Positions 1-14,069 of a DNA stretch of 64,000 nucleotides are shown one piece after another. The position numbers were made by a program, and so were the translations under genes. This DNA is from Trichoplax adhaerens (taxonomy: Eukaryota; Animalia; Placozoa). Numbering within the stretch: position 1 is the stretch's first letter; every line of letters starts with the position of its first letter. The notes beneath the pieces were generated by a model. It was not told the DNA's origin. It saw only the letters and a program-made list of their open reading frames with translations, and searched no databases. The stretch is from contig NW_002060945.1 of NCBI RefSeq assembly GCF_000150275.1, positions 4,203,397 through 4,267,396 on the forward strand. The letters run 5' to 3'.

Positions 1-1066
1 TCGCACCGATTCGATAAATAAAACCTAAAGGTAGACATGATCCAAAATTGCTACAAACAATAGTATCGGCAAATTGCGCAATTACAATCGGAGACATTAA
101 AGGAAATTAATTCTCTACGTACGTGCGTCATAGAAATTTCCACGAGCAAGTTAACCGTTTTATCTTTTGTAGATCGGTAGCATTAGAGACCCTTAGGTAG
201 CATGCGTCACTGAATACAAAAAAATCAAATCCATCGAAAATATTCTACATCATTTAGATTGTGCTTTGTATAGAATAGCAATGGTACCGACCTACAGTAT
301 AACAATGCATACTTCTATACCAATAACTGAATCTCTGCTGTTATGCTGGAAAACTGCAATAATACATACAATAACTTTGCTAGAGTATTTCTTAAATTAG
401 AGTTTTATTGAAATCATGAATCATTTAAGTTGAAAATTCATTCTATCAAATCTTGATGAACTATCGCAATAAATTAGTACAATACAGACATTTCATCCCA
501 CGTCACACGATAGCTAATAAGATCATAATAAACCCTCTTTAATTAAATCGATATTACGATATTTACAATATTGATCACCTCTTAAAGTATTACCTTCATA
601 GTAGGTATCCCTACCAGAATATCTCCGCTTAAACTCAACTTCGACCACTGTAGGCGTATTATTCAATATTGTCTCTCGGTACAGGAGATTAGATCCAATT
701 GTAATAATTAATATTTATCTAAAGTACAGTACATCACTTGATAGCAGATACTACTAACATAATATGATATGAGCTTCTAATTCATTCTCTTGTGTGACTT
801 TAATTATTATTAAATAAAATGTTCCAAGTTTCTCTTAAATAATGATCGTCACCCTTCTTCCTACTGAATCCATTTAGAATAACCGAAATAACCCTTACGG
901 CCAATGTTGAAATCTCGCCACTATGATATAATACATGCATTTCTCCAATTATAATAATTAATATAGCAACATTCTCGCATTCTACTAATTACTATCAACA
1001 TAACTACAGTAGTATGTGTGAGCTACAAATTGAATCACTTTACTTGCTTTATTAACAAAACTATAG

Positions 1067-3780
1067 GACTATCTGGTGCTGGTAAAACCACCTTGAGTTA
1101 TACTTTAGAAGCTTATTTATGCAATAAAGGGATACCAGCATTTTCACTGGATGGTGATAATATTCGTACTGGCCTTGCTAAAGATTTAGCCTTCTCTGAA
1201 GCTGATCGAACTGAAAATATACGTCGAATTGGAGAAGTCGCAAAATTATTCGCTGATGCGGGAATCGTCACAATCGCTAGTGCTATTAGTCCATATCAAG
1301 CAGATCGACTTACTGTACGACAGTTACACCAACGAAGTGGCCTAAACTTTTTCGAATGCTATGTCAGTACATCATTAGAAGTATGCGAAAAGCGAGACAC
1401 CAAAGGCCTCTACAAGAAAGCCAGGGAAGGCGTTATCAAAGGTACACGTATCTATATAGTTATCGTATGATGCCACGATAAATAGTTATTTACGTAAGTT
1501 CAAAGTCTATAATCGATAGGAAAATCTTGATTGTATAGCTATTGTGCAGCAATAATTCAGATACCATTACTACTGGATATTTGTAAGTAAAATTTTTCAT
1601 CCAAGTGTACTAACTTATAGTATAAAATTTACTATTGTTGCAGATTTTACGGGCATAGATTCACCTTATGAAATACCTATCAATCCTGATATTGTTTTAA
1701 AAGCGGGAGAGTGGTCAGTTCAACAATGCGTTGATATAATTATCAATTTTTTAGAGGCAAAGGTTAGATATAAAATTATAGTATTAATAAGTTGGTCGTA
1801 CGAATAACTGCATCATATCTTTGATTATTTCTATCTAGTTAAAACTAAAACTGTTATTGTCCTAGATTTATTAAAATGTCAATTCTTTGTCATGCTATAT
1901 CATCTTGTGTAGAACATTATACCATTCTCTGCACTAAATATGGTACGAGAGCTTTTTGTGCAGCCAGATCAAGTAGAAGAAATGAAACAAATAGCAAGGA
2001 AATTGCCTAAATTAAACATTACCAAAGTACGTGCTAAAGATTACTATCAGTATCTCGCTATTATTTATTTTTTATTCGATATATCGATCTATTAAATTTC
2101 AGTTTTTGAGTTTTACTAAATTACTATTAGTAAATTACTTATAGGTCTTTCTTTACCTTTATCTTACAGCTCGATTTACAGTGGGTTCAAGTTTTGTCTG
2201 AAGGTTGGGCATCTCCTCTTAAGGGATTTATGAATGAGAAAGAGTATTTACAAGCCTTACATTTTGGAATTTTATTAGATGGTCAGTTTATGATATATTT
2301 CTCTTACTAATTAATACTTACACATGTATAAACATAAGAATATATCTCTAAGCAATCTTACGACGTTAATTTCGGGTAGGTGGTGTATCTAACCAATCAA
2401 TACCAATTGTTTTGCCTGTACACGATGATAACAAGCAACGGTTACAAAATGAAGAGCGATTTACCTTAATATATGACAATCGACCTGTCGCAATAGTATC
2501 TAAACCTGAATTTTTTGAACACCGTATTGAAGAACGGTGCTGTCGACAGTTTGGAACATACTCTTCCGAACATCCCTATGTAAAGGTAATAAAATTCACA
2601 TCCATGTTCTTCAATATTAAAGATATAATTATCACAATTCAAATAATATCGCGCAAATCCTACTTGTAATTTGCAAGGCTTTCTATCAGCTTACTGTATT
2701 GTTGTTATCGGAATCTTAGTTAATCATCGATTCAGGGAATTGGCTAGTAGGTGGTGAATTGCAAGTATTGGAGAGAATTTGCTGGCATGATGGACTTGAT
2801 CAGTTTCGCCTAACGCCAATGGAATTAAGGAGGAAATTCTATGAACTAGATGCTGATGCTGCTTTTGCCTTCCAACTTCGAAACCCTCTTCATAACGGTC
2901 ATGCTTTACTAATTTCTGATACCAAGAGACAATTGGTGGAACGTGGATTCAAACACCCTGTATTATTACTACATCCAATCGGTTTGTGAACGAATTAGCT
3001 CATCAAAAGATAACAATTGTAATATTCCTCTTTCCGTAAATTGTCAAGTAATATACTATAAACTATTCAATATCTCTTATAGGCGGAATTACCAAGCCAG
3101 ATGACGTTCCATTGGAAGTCAGAATTAAGCAACATTTAGCCGTAATTGAAGACGGTATTCTTGATCAAAGTTCGACAATCTTAGCGATCTTTCCTTCTCC
3201 AATGATGTATGCAGGACCAACGGAAGTATGCTTCCTGTGTAACAAAATTATTTCATTTTTGTAGTGATGTGTATCTTTTACTAATCGGTATTGTTTAATC
3301 AATAGGTTCAATGGCATGCAAAAGCAAGGATAGCGGCTGGAGTTAATTTCTATATTGTTGGTAGAGATCCAGCAGGTATCCCTCATCCAGTTACCGGGAA
3401 AGATTTATATCATACAACGCATGGTAGTAAGGTACTAAGACCAAGACAAATTGCCTTATGCCTGAAATTAAATTTTGACTCAACTGTAAGCCTAAAATGA
3501 TTTCATTTATATATATAATTTTATTTTATTTTAGGTATTACAGATGGCTCCTGGATTAACTCAACTAGAAATTATTCCATTTCGAGTAGCTGCTTATAAT
3601 AAAATCAAGAGAAAGATGGATTTTTATAAGCCCGATCATGCTGACGATTACAATTTCATCTCTGGAACTAAAATGAGACAATTAGCTCGGGCTGGTAATA
3701 AACTACCTGATGGATTCATGAGTGAAAAAGCATGGAAAATTTTATTGAGACATTACACATCTAGTAATCAGACTCAGTAA
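1067..3780 (+). CDS. PAPSS: Bifunctional 3'-phosphoadenosine 5'-phosphosulfate synthase (APS kinase + ATP sulfurylase); N-terminal exon(s) not found, probably upstream of the window
   Basis: In-frame GT-AG exons: 1067-1441, 1644-1762, 1913-2026, 2170-2281, 2380-2585, 2720-2981, 3083-3225, 3306-3431, 3535-3780. Motifs include P-loop [60 protein letters not shown] and ISGTKMR. Confidence 0.95.
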
Positions 3781-4825
3781 CCATCGTTTCAGTTATGACT
3801 GTAAATTTTTTTATCCTCAACCCCCCTAGACTTTTGTATGATAATTATTTACTGCCATTGTACAAAATATTATCCTGTATAGATTCTAAAGGATTAGGTG
3901 GTAATCATAGTAATCGGTTTCTCTGTATTAAAGCTTTAAAACTGGTATAATCACTCATTTATGAGGTAATGTGTACAGTACAGTATATTACAGGATTCTC
4001 TAATTATTTTAGTTAAATTATGTTATCGATCGATATATACCGAATTTCATATGGTACATCTGTATGTAAGATAGTATTGTCGTCCAATTCTCAATAGTGC
4101 TATCGAGCACTTTCATTTTAAACTTTCTAGTAATAATAACAGTTGTATTATCAGCTTAAGACATTATAAAGTAACGCATTAAAGCCAATCCTATTGCAAC
4201 AAATGCTTTGGCGTGCAGTTTATTTTCGTAAATTTGTTGATTTATACTGGCGATTCTACGGATTTAGTGATTGTCAGGAAAGTATATAATTATTAGGTAT
4301 ATATCAACTTTCCTGATGCGCCAAGAATCAAAATATCAGTATCTTACAATTACAGTAGCTTTCAAAAGATGACTACGAGACAATCCTATACCGCAAAGAT
4401 CACTTTATTATTATTGAGATTTGCATGTAAGCGCGAATTTTAGTGCTCGTGAATGATCTATTTATAATTGTGATATAAGGAATGGTGCAAAGCGCAAATT
4501 AATATAACAAAGGCATGTACATCGTCAATGATGCTTTTATGGTAGATTGAACATTCAATACTAATGATACATCATCGACATAATTTAAAACGCATGATTC
4601 CTAATTTCATTGCAAATGGAATAACTTACAATGAGCAATTTATAAGGATATTGACAAAGTCATAGCTTAAAGTATATAGAAACAATTAAAGTCATTTGTA
4701 ACATAAACATACTCGTATCAAGTTAATAATAACAAACAAATCAGCGCATTTATGTCAATTATATAGTCACACATTTATACAGTTGCGTAGGAAGTTTCTG
4801 TTTTTTTTGTGCATTTATATATTAA

Positions 4826-4843
4826 ATATATATATATATATAT
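4826..4843. repeat. (AT)n microsatellite between the convergent PAPSS and CERT1 3' ends
   Basis: Direct run atatatatatatatatat. Confidence 0.85.
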
Positions 4844-5265
4844 CTTTATATGTATATACAGAAAAGCAAGCATGTGTCGTTGACGTAATAAAAAAGCTAA
4901 TAAAGATGGTAAATAAGTCTTTCCTATGAAACCGTATAGAGTACATTTTAGATACAGTACAGCGCTTATCAGTTAAAATAGCAGGAAAAAATTCAAAATT
5001 TACGCTCATTTACTGTGGGTACTGTACTGCCTTGCAATACTTCCGCAGCACTTGTAAATATAAAGAGCTCTAGTATTTTATAATACAAATGCACATCAAT
5101 TTTACGATTTAGGTACTTCAGGCTACTCTTAACGATATAAACGTACAAGCAAATACAGTAGCAGACAAATTATTGTCACTTTTTTTCTACAATTAAATTC
5201 CCTAAAAAGTACTTCTTACCCAGTATGAGGATTCAGAGTCATCACCTTGGATACTATACATGAAT

Positions 5266-8200
5266 TTACCACACTATTTTAGTATTTTGCAATTTCTTAT
5301 CTACATATGAACTAAATTTTCTTAGAAATTTCGGATACTCTCTTTTAGTAACAACCCTAACGACAGCCGGTGGTGCCCAACCACCCGGGTTCACTGTAAT
5401 AAAACAAAGAAATGTATATTATAAAATTTCAGCTTAACTAAATACGGCAGTAACGCTATTCATACATCGTAAAGACTACAATTAATATTATGATGAATAA
5501 AAAAATAAAACTCTCACATCCTTTGTAGCCTTTACTTACCATGAGCAATATATACAATCCTACTGGCGATATCATTACGAGTTAATTCCTCCAATGGACA
5601 ATCTGTCTTTCGAATAATTGTCTCGCAGTACATGCAAACTGTAAATTGAACGCGGACGTATTTCTTGTTCTGGTGACGTTGAAAAAAGTCAATAATTCAG
5701 TAGATAACTAGCGATTATAAATGATATATATGACAATTACCGTAGCAAGTGGGTGATCAATAGAATAGTTGACGACAATCCAAGGATCTACGCCGGTTGG
5801 GTTGCTGTCATTTTCTAATCTTACAACTGGTCGCATATGACTTGCGAAGCACATATCACGTTGTGCGGTAGGCCATACGCGTTTAATAAGTTGATGAAAA
5901 ACAAGCGTATCTTGAGATATCTCTTCAATTACCTTTGTCGACTCCAAGGTTGCTATTAAATTATTTCAAAATGTCATCACATCAGTCATACAAGCGTAAT
6001 AATTAAAATTGGTGGCTATTAAGCGTAATTTCTTACTTTCCCATTCCATCCTAACATCCTTGTCGAAAAATATATTACAAACTTCATGACCAGTGACACC
6101 CTAGATCGAAAAAAATTAATAATGTTTATAAAGCTAGCAACCAAACGTATGCTGTCATTGCGGTTTAGGACAGTGCATCTTACATCGACAATATGTTGAG
6201 CGCGTAAAGGATCCAAAGCTACGCCGTCTATCTCCAATTCACGTCTATAAACCTTAAAAAAAATTTAAACAAGAATCAATAAATTTGCTTTATTTATATA
6301 CTAGTAGTACATTATAAACTTGGTGAAAAGGATTATCGAATAGAATTATTACCTTCATTTCATTATCTTCATGAACCAAATTCCATTCTTCATTAATTTC
6401 TTCACGGACACAGCTTACATATTCGGATACTTTAGAATCCATCTGAAGTAAACAATCAAGAAAAATGTGTTAATTACACAGACATAATAATTCTACCATC
6501 TATTAGTAAAGCCAATAAGCATTTCATGTAAACATCTATTAATTTGATAACCTCTCTCATGAGAGTGGCTTTGGAGTCGTCTGGATTGTAAAAATCGATA
6601 TCATTCTAAGTAAAAAGCAAGTAACTATTAGAGAAGTTTCATCAAATGCAAATAATACGTTGTGCATAATCCTAAAGAATAACTGCGACTTCTTTTTGGT
6701 AGACTGTACATACTTGCTCATTTAACTCAGTGCCTTCCTTATCTAGGGCAGTTTCGACAGCATCGAAAAATTCCTCATCGGTCATCATACAGTTAGGACC
6801 TTCCTACTCAAAAAATAACACACCCAAAACATCATGCAATAGGAATAGATTAAAGAATGCCACAAGGCTAACAAAGGCAGGAAAATTCGTACGATTAACC
6901 TGGTAATCAGGACCCGCAGCAAGAGCTCTCTTTCGCGCATCTTCAAGCACCTGCTTGTACTCCTGTTGTAGCCTACGTCTTTTTTCCATTTCCTGCAAAA
7001 AATTAACTGCTATTAGTATTACAACATACGGTATTGTCAAATAAAAGGAGTCATGAAATCCTTTCATGAAAGCAATTGCTTACCCGTTCCAAGCGTTTAC
7101 GCCATTTATCTTCTCTAGTTAGCATTAAATCGATGCAGTGCGATAAAGTTGCTAAAATTCCAGCAGTTGTTGCTTTAAATGTGATTGATTCCCCTTTAAA
7201 GTCGATACCCGATTTCAATAATTCAAGTGCTGTAATGGCATCGATTCTCTCTTTTTCATCAATACTATTAGCCACTTGTGATATGTTATTTGAACCGGGA
7301 GAAGTAGAATAACTACTAGAAAACTGTAAAAATAATTTGTTGGATAAAAAAAATTTAGTTAGATTGGTTCCTTAATTAATTGTCTTACTTGTAATACAAT
7401 GGTTTATTTAGTATATTACATAACATTTACCCTAGTAAAATTTATTAACGATGATATCCTGGAGGTAGTATAGGTAGCTATTCTTGATGCTGATTTTCTA
7501 GGTGATAATTTGTATAGCGTTTTAGGTAACAAAGTTGTTCCTTCTGTTATCTCATCATCTCCAGAGTCTGCTTCATCTACTAATGAAGGTATGATTAATA
7601 CAAAGTTAGTTTGACACAGTCATTAACCATGACTATGATCATTTTGACAATCCTATGATTTCCAAAATTGATTTTGTCGCATTTTAGTTACTTCTAATGT
7701 CTTCACTAGGAGGTCGTAAAGAATCTGCCATGTCCGGTTCATTCCTTTTAAACTCTTCAATTTTATGCTCTGCCTCAACAACGGCATCAGAGCATTTATC
7801 AAAGAAACGTTGTAAAGTATCCACTTGCCGGCATAGAATTTCCCTATATGTCTCCATTTCCAAAAGTTTTTCTTTCAAATTTTTGTCCCGCTAAAATTAA
7901 ATCCAGTTCAATCCTTTAGCAATAACTCCTAACCAGTTAGTAATTGCGTAGTATTGTATTCTATCAGTTAAGGATAACAACAACACCAGTACCTTTGTAG
8001 ATGAGGTGGAAGCTGTTGATAGACTTGTGTAAGAGCTAATGGACATCATTGAGCCTTGACGTCTTAAATTTGTCTCACCGACATCAGGACTAGCTTCCTA
8101 ATATGTGGATTAGAAGGATATATGATAAGTATCATTACAGAGCTGATGATTATAACGTATCGACTGTTCAAGCATTGGAAATCCTAATATAACTAGTATC

Positions 8201-11200
8201 TAATTTAAGCAATAGTCGCATTTTTAAACCTGAAAAGTATATCATTGCTCTTACGTCTAGATGAAACTGATTCGCTAGACTGATACTTCTAACGAAGCTA
8301 AAATTAAGCGTAGGCTACGTGACTGTCATTTTCATTTTTTAATATAGTGCTGTTAGTATTCAACTGGATTCCAATTTTATTACATGCATAGCCAACATTA
8401 TTTTTGCTAACGCGGCCATGTTCAAGAGTAAACATTATTATATCTATTTATAAAAAATAAGATTGGTCGATGATTGTTATAACAACAAACAGCTTAATCA
8501 TACTATAATTTTTTGAAGATAGATATTAACTGATCTATTTTCTAAATAGCAAAGATGTCTAAACTTTAAGAATGATATCCACATACATTATCGTCTACTA
8601 GAGGGATAAAATCAAAACCCTATTTAGGTATTGAATATACCATACACGGACGTATATCATTTTGATAATAATTCATTAATCAATTTTATATAATGTATAT
8701 ACCGTAAAACGATACCAACAGTGAATAAACTTACTCTCGAAGTTTCAAGGGCATCTATCCATCTCTGCCTTTCTTCCTTGCTTTTGGCACGTAAGTAATA
8801 AACTTGATCGCTAATGCTAACATCAAATCGGCAGTCATCGAATTCATGACACTATGATAGGAAGATAAATTGATAAAAAACAAGCATGAAGATTAGAGAC
8901 GAGGGATTGAAATGATATCGTAGTACTTTAACGTGGTGAGATAAAGTAGATTAAAAGGAGATTAAATGTGAGGAATTGAAACTGTCGTGATAGCCATAGA
9001 GGGAAAAATGGCAATCATTCAGCATATAAGACAAGTAGCTAAAAGCCAAGATCAGACATAAGGAATTGAAATAGTTGTGCGATAGTTAACATGGCGTGAC
9101 AAGTAGATAAAAAAGCAATAACATTAGGCATGAATATCCGTCACAAGCACACCCATTGCTCTTGCTTGACGACTAATTGAGCGGTTTACGACCAATTTAT
9201 TAATGTAGCATACTATTGAAATTGTCAATCTAACCCATTCAAGTCGACAAGTGTAATACTGTACGGTTTATTGACTTTTTTTTGCATCCTCTTTTAGCCA
9301 TTACAAAGTAGTACTATCGTAGATATTTATTAAAGGCTACTTCACTAACGATAAGTGTTGATAAATATCTCCATCGTCAAGTCATGCCTGTTTTTGATCA
9401 CCTCTTTTATCGAATTCATAATCCATGGATTTTAACCTACTCCTTCTTTTTGTAAAAGTAAACTATCAAAATCATTAAAGCATGTTCTACTTTAACAATT
9501 TATTAGCCGCACTCAGTCATTGGTAAACTTATAACTTTGGAAATATCAGATAAATTTAGTTCTCCCTATGTTGGAAAATGTTTAAATAATAGTTGTCTGA
9601 TGTACAGGATAGTGTTATTTTTTCTTAATTAAATCGCATACTTTCTTGACAACGAAAATTGCAAGTATTGGCTAGGCGGTTTATGTCCTTCGTATACAGG
9701 ATTACCGTAAAATTTTAACCTTCAGCAACTGAAAAATCGACCTTTAATCGATAGTATACAGTATGAGGGATTCACCATGAATATGCATGCATTATTGAGT
9801 ATTTTTTAGTCCATCTTTCTTTATAAAGTCTATTAGTCAAATAATTGGATAACAAAAGCAATATATTTAATGGTATTAGGTAGAGGATTGTAACTTCCGG
9901 AGTAGAATACGTGGTGGTATTGCCTTAATTATTTGATAATTAAAACTTCATTTTTGGATAGAGGAATAGAAGAAAAGAATGAAATTCGATAGAAAAAAAT
10001 GGAGATCAAGTCTAATTCACTATTCTTTTTCGCTATTAAAAGTCATTGACGAGCTATGTTGTATCAGGAAATCAATTCTCCAATCGCGTAGTTTACAGTC
10101 TAAAAATATTCACACTTGGTATTTTGATCGATCTTTATTTTTCAATTAAAAGACTGGCCAATCATGAAATGGTTCCACTAGAATAGAATAAACATCAATA
10201 ATGTATATGGCTATTGAAAACGGATTATTCCTAGACTAATCATATGATAAAAGGTATCTTTTTAACGGCGTTATGTTATTCTTGGCCATGGCTAATCCAA
10301 TTTGCAAAGTTTAAAGCCAGCATAGAATATCCATTCTGAAGTAGTTAGTTTGGGGTGGATAACGGTCAAAAACTTGTCATTAAGTATTCTAGTCGTGGAC
10401 GTTTGCTTTGAATAGATCAATTTATTTCCCCTAAAATGGACTATACTATTTCAGTCGACGAATATTGTCTAATGTCGTTCTACATATAATAATATCCAGC
10501 GTTGTCTACAAGCAAGTGTTAAGCCCTTTTATGAAAATCGATCTGCATCTGCCTTTTAACATTTCTCCTTATTTTATCATAGCAAGGGATTTACAATCAT
10601 GTCATGAAGGATTATCATTCGACTGCGATATCATGCTTGGCCTTGAGAAAGATTAGCGCGAGTGTGCTATATAGGCGTAGAATAGTTTTTCCGCCTTTTT
10701 TCCATATGGATATTGCTCAACAAATCAGAAAAAACGATACGGTCATTAAAGGAAAAATAATTGCAAGGTAAAAATATTGACGACAGACTTGACAAGTATT
10801 GATTGAATGATGACGAGTACAGAAGGGCAAATTAAAAATCAGAATGATTGGAGTCTTGTCATTGCAACAGTAAGGAAAATGATGATGACGAGGAGTCCAA
10901 ATTAAATTTATGCATCATCTTTTTAATTTTGATGACATCCATTGCCGTCCGTAATGTAATCATAAATAGAATTCAAAACTAGTTATTTCAATCATGTCGA
11001 AGATAGACAAGATTTGGATTGTATGTTATGGCTTCAATTGATTATACCCATAAAGGATAAGATGAAAGAAGAGAGTTACTTTGATATATTGGATACGATG
11101 ATCCAATATTCAAGATTGCAATGACGACAGATTGAAAATGGACGGTATTGCTAGATACGATGTAGAGCTCGATAGTACTATCGATAGACGAGGAAAGGCA

Positions 11201-13615
11201 TTCACTGAATTTGATATATCGAATCGTAGTTAAGCATGACTCGTTTATGTTGGACAAGACATGAAGGTTAAAGCCAATGAAGATGCCATGCAAGTCGTCT
11301 TCAACAGAATAAAAAAAAAAACTCCATTGACTTGTACAAGTATAATGAATTGGGGAGGAAAATTGACCGTCGGCAAAATACAGACCCAAAAATAGCCTGA
11401 TTGGGAATAGTATTTCCCTTCTATCCTTGGTTGATTTTACTACTATCGCGCTCCCTTGAACTATCAGTAATAATTTCACTCGATCATCAATCGAGTGAAA
11501 TAGTAGGTGTAGGAGTTCCAACTGCCTTTCTAGTTGGATAAAATTTCAAATCCTACACGTACTGTGCAATGTTGGATCAACTCCAGGCAACCTTGACCAT
11601 GGAGAAGAATAGATAGTAGAAATGGATCATCAACAGCATTTGCATAGTCGATCATTTATGACATTATTAGTCGATACGCGTAGTTGTGACTTAAGAAAGG
11701 ACTACAGGATAGGAAAATTGTTGATTAATGATAGCCATTATTATCAGCAATGCAAATGATTGCACTATAATGTCATCATTAATCCGATCATGATAATTGT
11801 ATAGAAGGAAGAGTAATAATCAATAGGAGTGCAAAGAAAACATGGGCAATAATACTGTAAAGTGATCATCTTGTCTTGTTGGTGAATACCACGCTAGGAT
11901 TGAATTATCATTTTTCTTGCAATGTGAATAAATTGAGCTTTGATGATGCTAGACGATGAGTTGAATATTGCGTTTGACAAGGACGTCTCTACTCTAGTGT
12001 ATGGCCAAGGTGGCGCGGCCATTTTGACGCTCACTCAAGATTGAATAGGGAACATTTTACGCTGTGATTCTTTGCTAATGGATAAAGATAAAACGTACGG
12101 ATGCAATAGTCATGACTAGCAGTGGAAATAGGTATAGAGTGATGCTTTACGATAGAGATTTTGCGGACGACATCATCAATAAATCATGACATAGCCAACT
12201 TATTGCAACAACAGTTAAAATGCTATTGCAACCAATAGCATCCATATTGGATAATTGTCGTTTGTATACGTACTATTGTTTTTATTTATCCTCGATACAA
12301 AATAGATGATTCATGCTGCAGTTATACAATTTAATACAAGTTGGAATCTATGTTAGAGCAGCCATATGGCTTGAGTCATGACTTACTGGAATGATTGGAG
12401 GCGAGAAGGACTATATTAGGTCGGTCAACAATGTGGAGATGATGATCAAGTCATTTTCAATCGATCCAGTAGAAAGTAAAGGAAACATGATCAGGTATGC
12501 AAACGGATACAGCTTCAAGGTGCTATCCTCATAACTCTAGAATAGTAGATTTGCAAGAGTCTAAACTATCCCTCTAAATCAATGACAACAGTGAAGAAAA
12601 AAACCAATTTCCAACCATACCAATGGAGAAGATTGTTTTAGGCAAGGCTTGCATGTTTTCAATCTACGCGTCCAATTGATCTCATGTTATCCCTCAAGGA
12701 TAGTAAATCAGAATACATCATTTCAACTGACACAAAGCAACTCTAGTCCTTTCAAGGCATACAATGATAAAGTAGTTGCAACGATGGTTATTGAAAAATG
12801 GAGTCAAGGCTTTTCAAAAAGGGTAAGAGAGAGAGCGAGGTGGACGAGTTTATGTCAAAGCAATCGATTGATGAGAGAGAGCAAGGTGGACGAGTCTATG
12901 TCAACACTATCGATTGATCAGAGAGCAAGGTGGACGAGTCTATGTCAAAGCTATCGATTGATCAGAGAGCAAGGTGGACGAGTCTATGTCAAAACTATCG
13001 ATTGATCAGAGCAAGGTGGACGAGTCTATGTCAAAACTATCGACTGATGAGAGAGAGCAAGGTGGACGAGTCTATGTCAAAACTATCGATTGATCAGAGA
13101 GCAAGGTGGACGAGTCTATGTTAAAACTATCGATTGATCAGAGAGCAAGGTGGACGAGTCTATGTCAAAACTATCGATTGATCAGAGCAAGGTGGACGAG
13201 TCTATGTCAAAACTATCGACTGATGAGAGAGAGCAAGGTGGACGAGTCTATGTCAAAACTATCGATTGATCCCTATCGAAGCTGCAATCTCGGTTGGATC
13301 GCATTTCAGGCAAATCCCTCCCCAAGAAAAAATTGCAAGTTATGAATGGGTGGTAGAAGATAGCATGGAGCCATGCTGTAGTCTTACCTCGACAGCAGCA
13401 GATCGAATACTGATCGATCCTCGACAACCGATTGATAATTCACTTTCTGATTTAAAATAGGCTAAAGTTCCATCACGTAAAATAAACCATCGGTCTTGCC
13501 AGCCATGAATGTAATTGGTCCATTTGCTTAGTGTGCCTTGCATGGTGGGTGCAATCGGTGCATCGGCAGAATCATCATCGCTCTCACTCAGGCTGCGATT
13601 CTCTTCTTCAAACAT
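5266..13615 (-). CDS. CERT1: Ceramide transfer protein (PH domain, serine-repeat motif, FFAT, START domain), ~655 aa, 15 coding exons
   Basis: Exons (minus): 13615-13388, 8851-8735, 8097-7993, 7890-7692, 7579-7431, 7323-7084, 6992-6900, 6803-6714, 6605-6552, 6442-6353, 6252-6184, 6100-6037, 5952-5741, 5669-5540, 5393-5266; total 1968 nt, in frame. Motifs: [94 protein letters not shown] and VNPGGWAPP. Confidence 0.95.
12830..13270. repeat. Tandem minisatellite A, ~44-bp unit x ~10, in CERT1 intron 1
   Basis: Unit gagagcaaggtggacgagtctatgtcaaaactatcgattgatca (42-48 bp). The variant cgactgatgagaga recurs 176 bp apart (13041, 13217). Confidence 0.95.
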
Positions 13616-13809
13616 GATCGTCGTAGTTGAGATGATCGTGTAGACAGGCAATCAATGAAATAAAATGGTGTTGATGAAATTTTTTCGATCCTCCAACCGA
13701 TGATGGAGGCAAGAAGGGAGAAAAAATGCGACCCAGTCCAAGTCAACAGCGCCAATAATAGTAGTGCTAATGGTCTGGACAAGGATCCCCTTTCCAATGA
13801 CTGGTGTCC

Positions 13810-13988
13810 AGTCCCAGTACACAGGGTAGGCCACAACTCGCCCTGGCCCCATACTGATCCTGTCTACTAGGCTCACTATAGAGTTGCGACCCAGTTGAGA
13901 GTGGAGTCCCAGTACACAGGGTAGGCCACAAGTCCCCCCCCTGGCCCCATGCCGATCCTGTCGTGTAGGTTCACTATAGAGTTACGAC
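13810..13988. repeat. Two-copy ~96-bp GC-rich direct repeat upstream of CERT1
   Basis: agtcccagtacacagggtaggccacaa...ccctggcccc...gatcctgtc...cactatagagtt at ~13810 and ~13906. Confidence 0.9.
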
Positions 13989-14069
13989 GGTAAGGCAAAT
14001 ATTGACAGGCTTCACCACGTGACGATCAGACAAGGTGGTCATTGGACCACTGCATGGTCTCGTCCGCGG

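Noticed and set aside
11042-11521. 159-codon minus-strand ORF in CERT1 intron 1
   Set aside because: Non-ATG start, no recognisable domain and no convincing splice context.
12649-13345. Repetitive ORFs (RARWTSLCQ / [14 protein letters not shown]) resembling a repeat-peptide precursor
   Set aside because: They are translations of the 44-bp minisatellite, antisense within CERT1 intron 1. Unit length is mostly not a multiple of 3 and frames switch between units.
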